Source: Takakia lepidozioides (lineage: Eukaryota > Plantae > Bryophyta). From it: 64,000 nucleotides of DNA. The translations under genes and the position numbers were made by a program. The notes beneath the pieces are model-generated. The model made no database searches, was not told the origin of the DNA, and was given only the letters and a program-made list of their open reading frames with translations. The stretch spans positions 930,001-994,000 of the forward strand of contig CM060732.1 of NCBI GenBank assembly GCA_030704615.1, read 5' to 3'. Positions 59,965 through 64,000 of this stretch are shown piece by piece (positions within the stretch are counted from its first letter, which is position 1; every line of letters begins with the position of its first letter).

Positions 59965-62028
59965 ACACCATCAATTTTGAGACTCCGGAAGTTGCAGCTC
60001 ACGCTCTGTCTCTCAATCCTCACTCCAGGAGGTTCAATGTTAATATCTTTCCATGATCATCAAAGATGGGACACAAAAACGGAAAACTCTGGGGCCCTAG
60101 AGTGGTTTCCGTTCCATTTATCCCTGACCAATACTTGATCAATCTCCCAGACATTGCCAACCATTTTGGACACTACTTAGGATGCATAGGTGTCTTTGAT
60201 CCCTTAATGAGCACGGAGAAGCTCCGCAAAGATTCCAGCCTGGAGTTCTAGGGCTATAGCATCAAGGCTCAATGACAATGGTTGCGCAAGGTTTGTCCTT
60301 ATTATGCCAAATGAAGATATCCTCCCGGACTACATCAGCTTCCCAATCGATGAAGAAGGGAATTACTTCACAGTAAGAATCATTGAGGACAAGTCCTCTT
60401 CAGCCTGCTTCAGCTGCGGTATGTTGGGTCATATGTGCAACGAGTGTCCCAACAACAAGAGGAAGAGATCGGAGCAACATCACTCAGCAATTGATCACCA
60501 GTCCATCTCTCAAATCAGGCCCCAGGCGGCGATTCATCTCTCTGGCCAGCTCCTCTCTTCACCTGCACCCACCCTGCCTTCTTCTGGGGTCATCAATCTG
60601 GATACCATACACTTGGCCCCTGGGATTAGAAGAAGTCACCGCCAACAGGGATTCATTGACCCGATGCAGAGGGAAGCTCAAGCAATGCTTGACAGCTGGG
60701 CAACACGAAACAAAGGGAAATCCAAATTGGGAGACACCTCCAGCACTGACTCCCCACAGCCACAGCTTCATGGCAAGCTGCACCCCCCACATCTGCAAAG
60801 GACCGGCCCAATCACCCCCAACCCAGACAGGATCTCGGGAATAGCAAACAATGCAATGCTGGCTAAATCTTGCCTCAAGCTAGCCTCATTCCCTGCACTG
60901 GATCTCAGGGGCTGCTCCGCCCTTGAAATCTTTGTAGAGCCTCAGGCTATCTGTGTTACACCTCTCATTTACAAGAAGGGGAGATCCCCAACTATGCTCA
61001 TCACATCCGATGACTTCTCGAACATTGAATCGCTTTGGGTCACAGAAGCTAATATCACACACTTCTCCATCACTAGCCTACGAGGCTCCAGTCCAGAAGA
61101 TCTACTCAAAGGGAAAATTCACGAATTCTTCAAAACATTCCACACCCGCTACCTCCTCCAGGAATCAACCAAAGTTACGTGGGGAGCTTACCTAGAGGAC
61201 CACCCAGGTTTGAACTCAACGCCATCGACACACATTTTGGCTCTTATGGAGGAGGCAGAGATCTATGCAATGCAGCCCCCAAGTAACGCGATCTGGGTCT
61301 TTGAGGAGGGACTTTCTAAGCCCTCGGGATGTCACCGCATGCAAATCAGGACACATGACACGCTATTCAATGGTTTCCAGTTGCTGGGAGCACTGCTGGA
61401 CTCGGAACTGGAAGAAGAAAACTACAGAATGGAGCTGCAGCGTACAAGAGATCTCCTAACAAGCCAGAGACAAGTAACTCCTTCCACCTCCTCATCAAAT
61501 CTAAATGCAGGCACCCACCCTTGGATCCAAAAGAAAGATGAAGACGAAGCATTAGTGGCCGAAGCAAGCGAGCTCCAGATTTCCCCGCCATTCCAGGGTA
61601 CTGCCCCGGACTTCAGCACCACCAAACAAGCTCAGACTGCCCTACCAACTGAAGGTTCCGGCCCAGACACCGCAATCTCTGGACTGAATCCTCCCAGGAC
61701 CACACCTGCCACTCCAATCCCCCCAGGGCTTGACCTGCACAATCAGGTTCTGTCTACCCCATCTCCCTGCTTTCTCTTCAAACTCATTTCTCGAGACCCT
61801 CCTAGATGCTGGTTACTCTGTCTGGATACAGGTAATTATTCTAGGAAACAGGGTCGACGCACCCTCCCATCTACTCTCATTCCATCCTCTCTGGAATCGG
61901 GCGAATTGCAAATTACGGACGTGCCAAGTCACCTTTGGCAGCTGCTACACTCCTTGAAGGCCGCCCCTGCAACAGCCAGCATAGCAGGCATCAAAACTTC
62001 CCGGTACCACCGGCACAATTCACAATGA
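59965..62028 (+). pseudogene. L1 ORF1 remainder (CCHC knuckle; 574-codon open stretch from 60304)
   Basis: CFSCGMLGHMCNEC, upstream stops, position before the endonuclease. Confidence 0.7.
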
Positions 62029-62214
62029 TACCACTTCCAGGCCCATCCAACCTGCGAGGGATTTTTATTGAATTATCCAAGAGGAACCGGAAGCCTCCCC
62101 CCAACCATCTCTTGGTAAAATCGCTTCTCCCCAGGGACCACCGTGTCAAATTCTAGCTCCATGATCCTAGGCCATCAAGAGAGACCCCCACTCTCTGCCT
62201 CCAGCCACCTTCGG

Positions 62215-63000
62215 ATGCGGATTGACCTACACTCCTGGAACATCAGAGGCCTGGGTTCGGACCCAGCCTCTTTAAAGAGGGTCAGAATCAAAAGTTGGCT
62301 CTCCCCTTTACTGCAAAAAGACTCTGTCATATTTCTCTAGGAACACAGGCTAGATCATCAAAAAATAGCAGCGCTCTCTGACCATCTATGGCCCCTATCC
62401 TCAGCCCTCTGGAAAGCTACGTCCCATGGTTCGAGGGGAGGTACATCCATTCTCCTATCCCCGTCCCTCTTACCCCTTCTAGTTTCCGAAGCCACCTGGG
62501 TGTCGGGAAGATTGCAATTCTGTGCCCTCAAGCTCCCGGAGAACATTGGAACTATGGGTTTTGTCAACATCTATGCCCCTAACTGTCCCCTGGAAAGGAC
62601 CGAATTCTGGCAGATCCTTAATTCCAAAATGGATGACAAGCCTAATATAGACAGCTGGGTCCTGGGTGGAGACTTTAACATGGTGGAATCTTACGAAGAC
62701 AGACGAGGCATTGGGAACTTCAGCCCTGACACGGTAGAAATGGACCAATGGCTCTCGGGAACTCAAAACCACAACTTGGTGGAATCCACTGTAGTTTTCT
62801 CGGACGCTTCAAACCTCTCCTTCACCTGGACAAACAACAGAGATCTTCAGAATCTGCAAATGGCTAGACTGGACAGGGTGTACATCTCTTACAATGTGGT
62901 CCAGTGGACCAAAAGGCATATCCAAGAACCCATTCCCCTAGGTTTCGACCACGCTCCAATCCAAGCATCCATCTCTATCCCTTCAGTGCAACGCAGGGGT
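62215..63000 (+). pseudogene. L1 ORF2 apurinic-type endonuclease, truncated before RT
   Basis: SWNIRGL, IFL*EH, FVNIYAPN, WVLGGDFN, FTW, RLDRVY, DHAPI. Confidence 0.9.
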
Positions 63001-63597
63001 AGGGGTATGTCGCGCGGCTTTTACTCACCCATCCCTTCGCTATCCGAGGCGGAAACTCCAAGATAGAAGAGTTGGAAATCTCTAAGTACTCAGCCCGCGC
63101 AGAACAATCAGTCATGACCTACAGCTAGTGTATCATGGGGGTTTCCTATTTGTTTCCCTTTCCGCATTCATCTTAGCTACCTTACCATTGATAATTAAGT
63201 ATCAGTTTGCTTCATCAATCTATCGGTTTCCTTCACTCATCCATTCAATCCACAGCTTCACTCAGATCTCTCTACACAGTGTGATTGTATCGTATAAGTA
63301 GATTATGATTTATCAGGTATCAGGCCGAAGCCATTATGTCTCTAATCTCTCCAATATCATCAGCTTTGCATATAACAAGCATCTACTAATCCTCTTTCTC
63401 CTTCATCGTGCTCTCCATCTCCCTCCGATCTCCGCTGACTCCGAAGTCCTCCTCCGAATAATGATCCCTTCATTCCCCGTTTCTCCCTTTATCCTCCTAT
63501 CCGCGGTTCTAACCGTTTCCCTCTCTAACCGTCGTCTGTGAACTAACATGTTCCCTTCACAGGTGTTGTTCCCCACAGTCGTTCCCTCAGCTGTGTC

Positions 63598-63765
63598 AAG
63601 CGTGACTGGCTCTGTGTCGGGCTGTGACTGACTGTGACGGGCTGTGATGTGTGGGCTGTGGGCTGTGCTGTGACGGGCTGTGTCTGTGTGGGCTGTGCTG
63701 TGACGGCTGTGTTGGCTGTGTGGGCTGTGACCTGTGACGACTGTGACGGGCTGTACTGTGTACCC
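63598..63765. repeat. Degenerate tandem repeat of GGGCTGTG/CTGTGAC units
   Basis: Directly visible reiteration. Confidence 0.8.
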
Positions 63766-64000
63766 CCCTCTACAGTGCGCTGCTGTCACCCCTAAGGCTC
63801 CTGTTGGTCTCAGTCTGTGCAAAAATTAAGGGTACCCTACAGATCCCGTATAAGTGTCTAAGTCCCCTACAGTCCTCTAACATTACCCCTTCCCCCCTCA
63901 AAAAGCCGTGTCCTCACGGTTTACTGTTTCCGAGTAGCAAACCTTTGTGAGTGAGCACCTTGTTGACGTTGAGAGTTTCGTGGTGGACTGTGTGTACGAG

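Larger units (their letters stand above)
15487..63007 (+). mobile_element. L1-type LINE (ORF1 and endonuclease), split by the CACTA insertion; pieces 15487-15604 and 59965-63007
   Basis: Frame rejoins across the CACTA as DKGRGFYT|INFETPEVAAHAL (plant L1 ORF1 RRM-like region), followed by a CCHC knuckle and an APE domain. Confidence 0.8.

Noticed and set aside
63008-64000. LTR of another retrotransposon starting TGTCGCG after GGGGTAGGGGTA
   Set aside because: Plausible, since the L1 endonuclease frame ends here, but no second end, PBS or coding domain is visible in the window.

Overview
Eukaryotic, GC-balanced (~50%) transposon nest with no intact host gene. Tcn1-like chromovirus, DNMT-bearing Ty3, RLE-type LINE and GT-AG introns suggest a non-seed plant such as a bryophyte, lycophyte or fern (inference). 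Layout: (1) 1-7795, a decayed Ty3/gypsy element carrying a C5-cytosine methyltransferase between protease and RT, split by a 4.2-kb Mutator-like (MULE) derivative (2206-6406, 9-bp TSD). (2) 7796-11906, the 3' half of a chromovirus with its LTR, split by a 5'-truncated LINE encoding a PCIF1/CAPAM-like domain, RNase H and a restriction-like endonuclease (15-bp TSD). (3) 12929-15486, a MULE fragment. (4) An L1 LINE split by a CACTA element (15605-59964, 19-bp TIRs, ACA TSD). The CACTA transposase is split by a ~15-kb MULE (27767-57423), which itself contains a second copy of the same MULE (29691-44102). The most interesting object is this MULE family. Besides a GCM-like/DDE/SWIM transposase, it carries a spliced gene fusing a ParB/Srx-like domain to a beta-class (N4C/N6A-type) DNA methyltransferase fold, and a head-to-head pair of unknown paralogous genes. 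It also carries dozens of copies of a 22-bp palindrome GGAAATGCGGYRCCGCATTTCC, spaced mostly at whole helical turns (53/63-64/74/84/106 bp) and retained even inside introns. Together this looks like a self-contained sequence-specific DNA-binding or marking system (parS-like or VANC-like anti-silencing). Domain calls are by-eye motif recognition; no database search was run.
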